Shown: in pieces, positions 34,530-42,893 of the stretch
Position numbering within the stretch: position 1 is the first letter of the stretch
Layout of the letters: the number at the start of each line of letters is the position of its first letter
Assembly: GCA_918244965.1 (NCBI GenBank)
Contig: CAKJYC010000021.1
Span: forward strand, 14,619-78,618
Origin: Clostridiales bacterium
Lineage (GTDB): Bacteria; Bacillota; Clostridia; Christensenellales; CAG-138
Reading direction: 5' to 3'
DNA length: 64,000 nt
Notes under the pieces: generated by a model
What the model was told of the DNA's origin: nothing
Database searches by the model: none
What the model saw: only the letters and a program-made list of their open reading frames with translations
Position numbers and translations under genes: made by a program

Positions 34530-34959
34530 GTTCGATCCTCTTTTTCTGTTCGATATGATCTTCGGTAAGCTCTCCGATGGTTGTTTCCGCAAGAACGGCG
34601 TTGATACGGCTCTGCAGCTTCAGAAACAGCGGACGCGCTGAGCAGGTACACGCGTTTTCGCAGACATTCGCGCCGCTGCCTACGCAGTCGACCACGTCTG
34701 TGCTGCCCTCCAGCGCGCGAAGCACCTCCAATACGCTGATGGCTGCCGGTTCCTTCGTCAGCAGGTATCCGCCGCTCTTTCCGCGCGTGGTTTTGACGAT
34801 CCCCGCAGTTTTGAGCGATCGCATCAGCTGTTCCAGATACGCTTCCGAAATCCCCTGCTCCGTCGCAACAGCCGAAAGCGAAACAGGTCCGTCCCCGTAA
34901 CGCATCGCAAGCTCAACGACGGCCCGCAAGCCGTATGTGCCTTTTGTCGAAAACTTCAT
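34513..34959 (-). CDS. iscR: Rrf2-family transcriptional regulator (IscR-like)
   Basis: MKFSTKGTYGLRAV... wHTH and C-terminal Cys cluster (CVGSGANVCENACTC). ATG 34959 preferred over the track TTG at 34965. Confidence 0.85.
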   Translation of the reverse strand: MKFSTKGTYGLRAVVELAMRYGDGPVSLSAVATEQGISEAYLEQLMRSLKTAGIVKTTRGKSGGYLLTKEPAAISVLEVLRALEGSTDVVDCVGSGANVCENACTCSARPLFLKLQSRINAVLAETTIGELTEDHIEQKKRIEHARLS

Positions 34960-34988
34960 CTTCAATCCCTACCGTTTCACTCGGCTTT

Positions 34989-35017
34989 ATCTTACAAACA
35001 TCCTCTCCAAAAGTCAA
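34989..35017 (-). promoter_or_regulatory. promoter for iscR operon (TTGACT-N17-TAAGAT)
   Basis: Read on the minus strand. Confidence 0.5.
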
Positions 35018-35050
35018 GTGGTTTACTCGCCTTTGCAAAATATACTTTCT

Positions 35051-35079
35051 TTGACAAACATGCGTCGCAATGGTACAAT
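35051..35079 (+). promoter_or_regulatory. promoter for the GNAT islet (TTGACA-N17-TACAAT, with TGG directly upstream)
   Basis: Read directly. Confidence 0.6.
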
Positions 35080-35109
35080 GAAACCAACGATCCGCAGGAG
35101 GCATTTCTT

Positions 35110-35577
35110 ATGATAGGTATCGAAGATATTACACCGGAAATGCTTCCGCCTTTTTGGGACGCGCATATTCGCTATCTGATCGACGATGGCATTATTACCG
35201 ATCAGGAGGATGTCGACTACTTCTCCGGCGATGAATACCGCGGGATCATCGAGGCGCATATGCAACGAGGCCGTGACACGCATCATATCGTGTATTTTCG
35301 GGAGAACGGAATGCGTATCGGCGCAGCGTCGTATTGCACTTATCAAAGCGAAGACGGCAAATGCTTTATCCTTGATTTCTGGGTCTTCCCCTCGTTTCGC
35401 GGAAACTGCACCGGACATCGCTGTTTTGACGCGCTGGAAGAGTACACGAAAGCAGACGGCGCGAGATATTATGAGATCAACAGTGAAAAGCCGGAGTCCG
35501 TGCGGTTCTGGAAATCGCTCGGCTTTACGGAAAACGGCGTCGACGAATACGGCATGCCGCTGTTCGCCCGTCGGTAA
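35110..35577 (+). CDS. GNAT-family N-acetyltransferase
   Basis: ...FWVFPSFRGNCTGHRCF... acetyl-CoA pocket region. AGGAGG SD. Confidence 0.7.
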   Translation: MIGIEDITPEMLPPFWDAHIRYLIDDGIITDQEDVDYFSGDEYRGIIEAHMQRGRDTHHIVYFRENGMRIGAASYCTYQSEDGKCFILDFWVFPSFRGNCTGHRCFDALEEYTKADGARYYEINSEKPESVRFWKSLGFTENGVDEYGMPLFARR

Positions 35578-35589
35578 TCGGAGGTTTAT

Positions 35590-36048
35590 ATGATACGGAT
35601 CGTTTGCAGCGCGGAAGAAAAGCGCAGAATCGCGCGGCTGATTCTGGAGGCGCTGACCGATTGGTTCGGCATTCCGGAGGCGCGGGAGAACTATATCCGT
35701 GAGAGCGCGGACGAGATCATGCTTGCATCCTTTGATAACGACGTGCCGAACGGTTTTCTGTGTCTTAAAGAAACCGGCATGGATACGCTTGAGCTTGCGG
35801 TTATGGGCGTTCTCAAAGAGTACCACCGGAAAGGGATCGGCAGGAAACTCTTTGAAGCCGCAAAGCAGATCGCCGTCGAAAAGGGCTACTCCTTTCTGCA
35901 GGTGAAAACCGTGCAGATGGGCAAATACGAGGAATACGACCGCACGAACCTGTTCTATCTTGCCCTCGGATTCAAAGAATTCGAGGTGTTTCCGACGCTG
36001 TGGGACGAATGCAATCCCTGCCAGATCTATGTGATGTCGCTGAAATAA
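35590..36048 (+). CDS. GNAT-family N-acetyltransferase
   Basis: VLKEYHRKGIGRKLFEAA (Q/RxxGxG/A motif). Confidence 0.75.
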   Translation: MIRIVCSAEEKRRIARLILEALTDWFGIPEARENYIRESADEIMLASFDNDVPNGFLCLKETGMDTLELAVMGVLKEYHRKGIGRKLFEAAKQIAVEKGYSFLQVKTVQMGKYEEYDRTNLFYLALGFKEFEVFPTLWDECNPCQIYVMSLK

Positions 36049-36058
36049 GGAGAGCGAT

Positions 36059-36523
36059 ATGAAGATACACATCATCGGCGGCCCCGGCAGCGGCAAGACC
36101 ACGCTTGCAAAACAGCTTTCCGAAAAGCTTCAGATCCCGCATTACGACCTTGACGATCTCCAATGGGACAACAGCGCCGACTACGGCACGAAACGTGACC
36201 CGAAGGAGCGTGACGCGCTTTTGGAGCAGCTTTTATCCGAGGACGACTGGATCATCGAAGGCGTCTACTACGCATGGTGCGGACGCTGCTTTGCGGATGC
36301 GGACCGGATCTATCTTTTCGCGGTTCCCCGTCGCGTGTACCGGCGCAGGATCATCAGGCGTTTCATCCGCAGAAAACTCGGTCTGGAGTCCGGCAAGCGG
36401 GAAACGCTGAAATCGCTCTCGGCGCTCCTGAAATGGGCGGACAAATACGAGCGGATCAATCTTGCGGAGATCAAAACGATCCTCAGCGCATACCCGGATA
36501 AAGTGATCGAATCGGAGAAGTAA
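36059..36523 (+). CDS. P-loop NTPase (adenylate-kinase/FlaR topology-modulation-like)
   Basis: MKIHIIGGPGSGKTTLAK Walker A. Confidence 0.65.
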   Translation: MKIHIIGGPGSGKTTLAKQLSEKLQIPHYDLDDLQWDNSADYGTKRDPKERDALLEQLLSEDDWIIEGVYYAWCGRCFADADRIYLFAVPRRVYRRRIIRRFIRRKLGLESGKRETLKSLSALLKWADKYERINLAEIKTILSAYPDKVIESEK

Positions 36524-36524
36524 C

Positions 36525-36998
36525 ATGCAAATCACCATCAAACAAATGGAGACCGACGAGGAGATCCGCGGCAAGGCGTATGTCCACTGGGCCTGCTGGC
36601 ATGAAGCGTACGCGGTGATCGTCAGCGCGTCGTATCTTGAAAAGCTCACATTGGAGAAATGCGAACAGATGGCGTTCCAATGGCGGGAAAATGTTTTGAT
36701 CGCAAAGGACGGCGAACGCGTCGTGGGATTTGCGGGATACGGCGAAGCGGATCCCACTGCCGGCGAACTCTTTGCGCTGTACGTTTTGAAGGAATACCAC
36801 GGCACCGGCGTTGCACAAGCGCTGATGCAGGCAGCGTCGGAAAAGCTGTCCGCTTACCCGAAGATCGGGCTTTGGGTATTGAAGGATAATCCGCGCGCGA
36901 TCCGCTTCTATGAAAAATGCGGCTTTTCGGCGACCGGCGAAGAAAAGGATCTGCCGTCGCTCGAAACGGCGGAGATCCGCATGATCCTGAACAGCTGA
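36525..36998 (+). CDS. GNAT-family N-acetyltransferase
   Basis: VLKEYHGTGVAQALM and ...NPRAIRFYEKCGF motifs. Confidence 0.75.
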   Translation: MQITIKQMETDEEIRGKAYVHWACWHEAYAVIVSASYLEKLTLEKCEQMAFQWRENVLIAKDGERVVGFAGYGEADPTAGELFALYVLKEYHGTGVAQALMQAASEKLSAYPKIGLWVLKDNPRAIRFYEKCGFSATGEEKDLPSLETAEIRMILNS

Positions 36999-37013
36999 CA
37001 CATGATACAGTAA

Positions 37014-37039
37014 ACGGGAGAGGCGATTGCCTCCCCCGT
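37014..37039. terminator. hairpin between convergent GNAT islet and trxA
   Basis: ACGGGAGAGGC-GATT-GCCTCCCCCGT. Confidence 0.6.
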
Positions 37040-37050
37040 CTATATTCTGG

Positions 37051-37371
37051 TTATAGTGCCTGCTCGATGAACGCGGCGATTTGCTGCTTCGGCCGTGCGC
37101 CTGCGCTCTGATCGATCACGTCGCCGTCCTTGAACAGAACGAGGTTCGGGATCGAGCTGATGCGATAGCGCATGCAAAGCTCCTGTTCTTCGTCCACGTT
37201 GACCTTCATGAACGTTACCTTGCCCGCGTATTCGTCCGCAAGCTGTTCGATGAACGGACCGATCATGCGGCACGGACCGCACCATGTCGCCCAGAAGTCT
37301 ACTAAAACGGGAAGCTCGCCGTTGATGACTTCGTTGAAGTTTTCGTTTGTGCCTGTGATGATGTTTGCCAT
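37051..37371 (-). CDS. trxA: thioredoxin
   Basis: WATWCGPC active site. AAGGAG SD. Lies 27 nt downstream of aspS. Confidence 0.95.
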   Translation of the reverse strand: MANIITGTNENFNEVINGELPVLVDFWATWCGPCRMIGPFIEQLADEYAGKVTFMKVNVDEEQELCMRYRISSIPNLVLFKDGDVIDQSAGARPKQQIAAFIEQAL

Positions 37372-37398
37372 AGCTGTTCTCCTTTCAGGGTTCTGCTT

Positions 37399-39192
37399 TC
37401 ATTCTTCCTCGGGAACGACCGCGATATGCAGCTCTTCAAGCTGCTTTGCGTCGACCGGGTCGGGCGCGTTGGTCAGCGGGCAGGATGCGTTCTGCACCTT
37501 CGGGAACGCAATGACGTCGCGGATGCTCGCTGCGCCGCAGATCAGCATGGTGACGCGGTCGAGGCCGTATGCCAGTCCGCCGTGCGGCGGTGTGCCGTAC
37601 TTCAACGCTTCAAGCAGGAACTTGAACCGTGCTTCCGCCTGTTCTTTGGAAAGACCGATGACGTCGAACATCTTTGCCTGCAGCTCGGTCGAATGGATAC
37701 GGATCGAGCCGCCGCCGATCTCGTTGCCGTTCAGCACGATATCGTACGCCTTGGCGCGGACCTTACCGGGATCGGTGTCCAGCAGCGGAAGGTCCTCGTC
37801 CATCGGGCTCGTGAACGGATGGTGCATCGCAACGAATCGGTTCTCCTCCTCGCTCCACTCAAGAAGCGGGAACTCGACGACCCACAGGAGATTGAACTTC
37901 TTCGGATCGATCAGCCCGAGCTTGTCGCCGAGCTTCAAACGCAGCGCGCCGAGCGCCGCCCAGACGACAGGATTCTTGTCCGCCACGATGAACATGACGT
38001 CACCCTGCTCGAAGCCTGCCTTTGCCTTGATCGCTTCAAGCTCCTCTTCGGTGAGGAATTTCGCGATCGGTGACTGCAGACCTTCGGGTTTCCAGTTCAT
38101 CCATGCAAGACCCTTCGCCTTGTAGGTCTTGACGAATTCTCCAAGTGCGTCGATCTCTTTGCGGGAGAAATGCGCCGTCGCGTTCTTTGCGACGATGCAG
38201 CGGACGCTGCCTCCGTCCTTCAGAGCATTCTGGAACACGGAGAAGCCGCAGTTCCTTACGCATTCGGAAAGGTCGCAAAGCTCCATGTTAAAGCGTGTAT
38301 CGGGCTTGTCCGAGCCGTAACGGTCCATGGCGTCCTGCCAGGTGATGCGCGGCAGCGGAAGCTGAATATCGAGATCAAGCGTTTCCTTGAACAGGCGCTT
38401 CAAAAAGCCCTCGTTCATCGCCATGACGTCGTCCGCTTCGACAAACGACATCTCAAGGTCGATCTGCGTAAAGTCCGGCTGACGGTCGGCGCGAAGGTCC
38501 TCGTCGCGGAAGCAGCGCGCGATCTGCATGTAGCGATCGAAGCCGGAAAGCATCAGAAGCTGCTTAAAGAGCTGCGGGCTTTGCGGCAGCGCATAGAAGC
38601 TGCCCGGATGGACACGGCTCGGTACAAGGTAGTCGCGCGCGCCTTCCGGCGTGCTCTTGGTCAGCATCGGCGTTTCGATCTCCAGGAAACCGTTTTCCGC
38701 AAAGTATTCGTGTGTGATGCGTGTGATCTCGTTGCGCATCATCAGGTTGCGCTGCATGCACGGACGGCGAAGATCCAGATAGCGGTATTTGAGCCGCAGA
38801 AGCTCGCCCGCATTGCAGTCGTCGCTCGTGTCGATCGGCGGCGTCTCGGCAGTGCTCAGGATCTTGAATTCCTTGACCTTCACTTCCACCTCGCCGGTCT
38901 TCATGTTCGGGTTGATCATGTTTCCGGTACGCGCTTCGAGCACGCCCTTCACTGCAAGAACATACTCCGAACGAATCGTGCTTGCTCGGTCAAAGTCCTC
39001 TTTGGAGAGCGTCGACGAGTCAAATACGATCTGCATGAGCCCCGTACGGTCGCGTAGCTGTACAAAGATCAGCGCGCCGAGGTCGCGGCGAACGTTCGTC
39101 CACCCCATCAGCGTGACTTCTTTTCCGACGTCCTCTTTTCCAAGCTGCGTGCAATAGCACGTCCGTTTCCATCCGCTTAAAAATTCTCCCAT
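37399..39192 (-). CDS. aspS: aspartate--tRNA ligase
   Basis: Class IIb motifs (FRDEDLRADRQPEF-like FRDEDLRADRQPDFTQ; GGGSIRIH). SD inside the hisS 3' end before ATG 39192. Confidence 0.93.
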   Translation of the reverse strand: MGEFLSGWKRTCYCTQLGKEDVGKEVTLMGWTNVRRDLGALIFVQLRDRTGLMQIVFDSSTLSKEDFDRASTIRSEYVLAVKGVLEARTGNMINPNMKTGEVEVKVKEFKILSTAETPPIDTSDDCNAGELLRLKYRYLDLRRPCMQRNLMMRNEITRITHEYFAENGFLEIETPMLTKSTPEGARDYLVPSRVHPGSFYALPQSPQLFKQLLMLSGFDRYMQIARCFRDEDLRADRQPDFTQIDLEMSFVEADDVMAMNEGFLKRLFKETLDLDIQLPLPRITWQDAMDRYGSDKPDTRFNMELCDLSECVRNCGFSVFQNALKDGGSVRCIVAKNATAHFSRKEIDALGEFVKTYKAKGLAWMNWKPEGLQSPIAKFLTEEELEAIKAKAGFEQGDVMFIVADKNPVVWAALGALRLKLGDKLGLIDPKKFNLLWVVEFPLLEWSEEENRFVAMHHPFTSPMDEDLPLLDTDPGKVRAKAYDIVLNGNEIGGGSIRIHSTELQAKMFDVIGLSKEQAEARFKFLLEALKYGTPPHGGLAYGLDRVTMLICGAASIRDVIAFPKVQNASCPLTNAPDPVDAKQLEELHIAVVPEEE

Positions 39193-39196
39193 TTGA

Positions 39197-40462
39197 TTAC
39201 CCTCTTTCAATCGAATTTGCGATCTCCGTCGCATCCAGCTTGACCAGCAACGAACCGCCGTTTACCATGGATTTCATGTTGGCAGCGTCGTTCTGGATCT
39301 CTTCATCTCCGATGACAAGCGTGTAAAGCGCGCCGGTCTTATCTGCATACTTCATCTGCGCTTTTACGCTGCGGTCCATCAGGTCGATATCGATGGACAA
39401 GCCATGCCGTCTCAATTCACGCGCAAGAATAAAGCATTTGTCCTTTGCTTCCCTGCCGAGTCCGATCAGCATGACGTCATAACGTACCGGTTTCGGGATC
39501 TGTACGCCCAGCTGATCCATGATGAGCAGCAAACGCTCCATGCCGAGGCCGAAGCCGACTGCCGGCATGTCCGGACCGCCGAGTTCCTTGATCAATCCGT
39601 CATAGCGTCCGCCGCCGCACAGCGTGCCCTGCGCGCCCGGCATGCCGGACACGATCTCGAACACGGTCTTGGTGTAATAATCGAGTCCGCGGACAAGCAT
39701 CGGGTCGATCTCGTAACGAATCCCCGCAAGATCCAGAAGCCTTGTGAGCTCGTCCATATGTGCGCGGCATTCGTCGCAGACATAATCCATGGTGTGCGGC
39801 GCATCCTTGACGATCGCCTTGCAGGTGTCAACCTTACAGTCCAGAATCCGCAGCGGATTCGTCTCAAAACGTGTCTTGCAAGTTTCGCACAGTTCATCGT
39901 AACGGCTGTTGAGATACTCCTTCAACGCCTGCTGATACCGTCCGCGGCACTTCGGGCAGCCGATGCTGTTCAGCTTGATCGTCAGATCCGAACAGCCTAG
40001 CGTCTCAAAGATCTCCGACGCGATCGAGATGACTTCCGCATCGGCAGCCGGGCTTGCGGTGCCGAACATCTCGACGCCGAACTGGTGATGCTCTCTGAGT
40101 CTGCCGGCCTGCGGACGTTCGTAACGGAACACCGGGCAGTAGAGATAATACATCTTGGTCGGTTGCGCTTCGCTGAACAAGCCGTTCTCGACAAACATGC
40201 GGACTGCGCCCGCCGTGCCTTCCGGTTTCAGCGTGATGCTGCGATCGCCCTTGTCAGTGAACGTGTACATTTCCTTCTGCACAATATCCGTTGTGTCGCC
40301 TACGCCGCGCAAGAACAGTTCGGTATGTTCGATGCACGGTGTGCGCGCTTCGAGCAGACCGTATTTGCGAACGATCCCGCGGATCGTTTTTTCGAGGTAC
40401 TGCCAGCGATAGCTTTCCTCCGGAATTACATCCTTTGTGCCTTTCGGCGCTTTGTATGCCAT
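39197..40462 (-). CDS. hisS: histidine--tRNA ligase
   Basis: PKGTKD N-terminus, motif 2 (FRYERPQAGRLREHHQ) and GGGRYD. GGAGG SD. Confidence 0.93.
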   Translation of the reverse strand: MAYKAPKGTKDVIPEESYRWQYLEKTIRGIVRKYGLLEARTPCIEHTELFLRGVGDTTDIVQKEMYTFTDKGDRSITLKPEGTAGAVRMFVENGLFSEAQPTKMYYLYCPVFRYERPQAGRLREHHQFGVEMFGTASPAADAEVISIASEIFETLGCSDLTIKLNSIGCPKCRGRYQQALKEYLNSRYDELCETCKTRFETNPLRILDCKVDTCKAIVKDAPHTMDYVCDECRAHMDELTRLLDLAGIRYEIDPMLVRGLDYYTKTVFEIVSGMPGAQGTLCGGGRYDGLIKELGGPDMPAVGFGLGMERLLLIMDQLGVQIPKPVRYDVMLIGLGREAKDKCFILARELRRHGLSIDIDLMDRSVKAQMKYADKTGALYTLVIGDEEIQNDAANMKSMVNGGSLLVKLDATEIANSIERG

Positions 40463-40475
40463 AAAAACCTCCTAT

Positions 40476-40716
40476 GAAAAAAACACGGTCTTTCGCCCAT
40501 CATAGGGACGGAAGGACCGCGGTGCCACCCTGCTTCGCAGCAAATTGCTGCGCACTTTTCCCCGATAACGAAGGGTCTCCGGCACGCCTTTCTGTCCGGC
40601 ATGCAGCTTCCGGATGTCCTTCTCCGCCGTCTTTCCGCGCATCTTTCAGCCTTGGACGCACTCTCTTTGGGAATGAATGACGGATACTCTTCCGTTCAAC
40701 GCTTTGCGCTTATTAT
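40476..40716 (-). promoter_or_regulatory. T-box riboswitch leader of hisS-aspS-trxA
   Basis: Minus strand contains a Stem I K-turn/AGUA region (GUUGAACGGAAGAGUA), the AG bulge AGAGAG, the T-box sequence AGGGUGGCACCGCGG, and a terminator helix plus U7 just upstream of the GGAGG SD. Confidence 0.85.
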
Positions 40717-40721
40717 ACCAT

Positions 40722-40749
40722 GCAAAACCTGCTTGTCAAGCAAAATCGC
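40722..40749 (-). promoter_or_regulatory. promoter of the T-box leader (TTGACA-N16-TGgTATAAT)
   Basis: Read on the minus strand. Confidence 0.65.
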
Positions 40750-40815
40750 AAGCAAAAGCCGTTCAAATGAAAGAGGAGCGATTTCTCGCTCCTCCCGTAT
40801 ACGTTGTTACAGCGT

Positions 40816-42642
40816 TCAGTCGTTCTGCGCGACCGGCAGATGTTCGATGATGCTGACGATGTAACGCAGGATCAGCGCCGCATCCTCTGCGGTGACTTCC
40901 AGATCACAGTTGACGTCGGCATTGATCATGCCGCGCGGCGTGAGAGCGTTCAGACCGACCAGCGAGCGCAGGATCAGCGATGCGTCCGCCGCGGTCACGA
41001 TGCCGTCGCAGTTGGCGTCGCCGTATACAGGCGCTTCAAAGAAGAGGCTGCCGTCTTCCGTAACAGCGACATACTCCGTTACCTTTCCGTTTTCCACGGT
41101 CGAAACGGCGGAGGTATTGCCGAGACTGTTCTCAATGAATGCAAATTCAACGGTTTCACCGAACGCTGCGTCGGAGGCCGTGAAGATGAGCGAAAGGATT
41201 ACATCTTCATTCTTCAGCGGGATCTCCGTATCCGATGCCCAGCTGAACAGCAGCTTGTTGTCTTTCTCTGCAGAAGTCCACTCCACGGGGCCATCGGTGC
41301 GCTTCAGCGTCAGCAGCTCCGGATCGAAGGTTGTGAACACCTGCATACTGTTGACGGAAAGGTTCTCCGGAACGCCCTTGATGCGGATATCATACCGGTA
41401 TACGCGTTCGCCGTCTTCGATCGACATGACGTCTAGCGAGGACACATCATTGCCGTAGATGATCATGGAGATCGTCGCGAACAGCATTTCCGGATCGGTG
41501 TCTGCATGATCCGCATCGCCGCGAACCATGAACCATACCGGATAGGTGCCGATCTCGGTCGCCGTCGGGATCTCTTCTGCAAAGTTGACGCCGTCTGCGC
41601 TGTACAGCATCGTACCATCCTCCGTGCTGCCCGGTTTCAGCAGCGCCTGCGCTTCGCCGGTATAGGCAAGATGAAGCGCTTCCGGCGCAACGAACGTCGC
41701 AGCAGGCTTTTCGATGGTGAAGTCGACGCTTGCCGTCGCTTCTTCGACCGTAACGGATGCGGTGTAGTCGCCTGCGGCGGTCGGCGGAACGTCACCTTCA
41801 AAGGTCGTATCGTTTCTGCCGCTGTACACAATGACGTGCTCGCCGGGGAATACCGTTTCATCATAGTCGCTCAGCGTCGCCGCCTTTTCGGTGCCGTCTG
41901 CAATCAGTTCCGTCGGCGCAAGGATACTCAGCGTCTTGGGCGCATCGGGGCAGTCCTCGGTGCAGGTCGCGGTGATCGTATTGCCTTCGGCGGTGTACGT
42001 CCAATCATGGACATGCGGAGCAGGCGGTTCGCCGACAGCCGTAAACGTCGTCTTCGGGATGAAGTTCCGCTGGAGGCAGGAGACCGATTCGAGGCTTGAG
42101 TAGCTGTAACCCTGCACAGACGCACCGGTTTCGGTCATGCCGTACCAGGTCGAGGTGATATATGCACCGTTGACCGTCTGTATGAAACCGATCAAAAGGT
42201 TGCCGCCCTTATACTCATACGGAGTGTCCAGTTCGACGACCATTTTTCCGTCTGCGATGGAAAGGCTGTCTTCAGCCATAACCTTCGTCAGCGTCGACCA
42301 ATCCTCGTATTGTGTAATTGCGGTATAGTCGACCTCGCCCATGTAGACCTCAAACTGGGCTTCGCCCCAGCTCACGCTTTCCTGCGAAGCATAAAAGGTC
42401 AGTTTGGAAATTGAGTAGCCTGAAATTGTTGCCAAATCATCCGCGGGAATGATAAACTGGCTCTTTGTGTACGCATCCGCATAGAAGCCATACACGGGAA
42501 CGTAGCCGCTGGTGTCATTTCCGTCATAGACGGTCAGCTCGGTTTCCTCGGCCTTTGCCGTGCGCATCGTTGCGGGGAACAGACCTACCACCAGCAGCAA
42601 GGCCAGCAGTGCGGCAAGACCCGTTTTGATCGTTCGTTTCAT
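40816..42642 (-). CDS. secreted multi-domain protein with cohesin-like module and C-terminal dockerin
   Basis: Signal peptide. N-terminal ~170-aa jelly-roll-like domain, then Ig-like spacer modules. Aa ~388-537 have a cohesin-like pattern (...IKGVPENLSVNSMQVFTTFDPELLTL...). C-terminal loops DANCDGIVTAADA and DVNCDLEVTAEDA. Confidence 0.6.
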   Translation of the reverse strand: MKRTIKTGLAALLALLLVVGLFPATMRTAKAEETELTVYDGNDTSGYVPVYGFYADAYTKSQFIIPADDLATISGYSISKLTFYASQESVSWGEAQFEVYMGEVDYTAITQYEDWSTLTKVMAEDSLSIADGKMVVELDTPYEYKGGNLLIGFIQTVNGAYITSTWYGMTETGASVQGYSYSSLESVSCLQRNFIPKTTFTAVGEPPAPHVHDWTYTAEGNTITATCTEDCPDAPKTLSILAPTELIADGTEKAATLSDYDETVFPGEHVIVYSGRNDTTFEGDVPPTAAGDYTASVTVEEATASVDFTIEKPAATFVAPEALHLAYTGEAQALLKPGSTEDGTMLYSADGVNFAEEIPTATEIGTYPVWFMVRGDADHADTDPEMLFATISMIIYGNDVSSLDVMSIEDGERVYRYDIRIKGVPENLSVNSMQVFTTFDPELLTLKRTDGPVEWTSAEKDNKLLFSWASDTEIPLKNEDVILSLIFTASDAAFGETVEFAFIENSLGNTSAVSTVENGKVTEYVAVTEDGSLFFEAPVYGDANCDGIVTAADASLILRSLVGLNALTPRGMINADVNCDLEVTAEDAALILRYIVSIIEHLPVAQND

Positions 42643-42893
42643 AAATACTCCTCCTTGTAATGATTCCTTATCCTTTTTTCAGAACGGCAAACGCCCTGTC
42701 CGTACCGGCTGTGATTATATGCCGGAACAACACAAACCGCAATTCTGAATCAATCGTATATAGTATACTCCATTCTGTTTCAAATTGCAATAAAAAGATA
42801 TCAAAGAAAATCTTCTTAAAACGGTTGTGCGTCGAAGCGGCGATCCGGCACGGATCCTGCATAACAGCGCCGCATCACCGCAAGAATCCGGCG

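Noticed and set aside
42643-42770. Possible riboswitch in the ~120-nt 5' UTR of the cohesin/dockerin gene
   Set aside because: Only short generic hairpins (CCGG...CCGG; ACGGACAGGGCGUUUGCCGU) are present. There is no terminator or anti-terminator pair and no match to any riboswitch core I can recall. It is left as an unexplained UTR.
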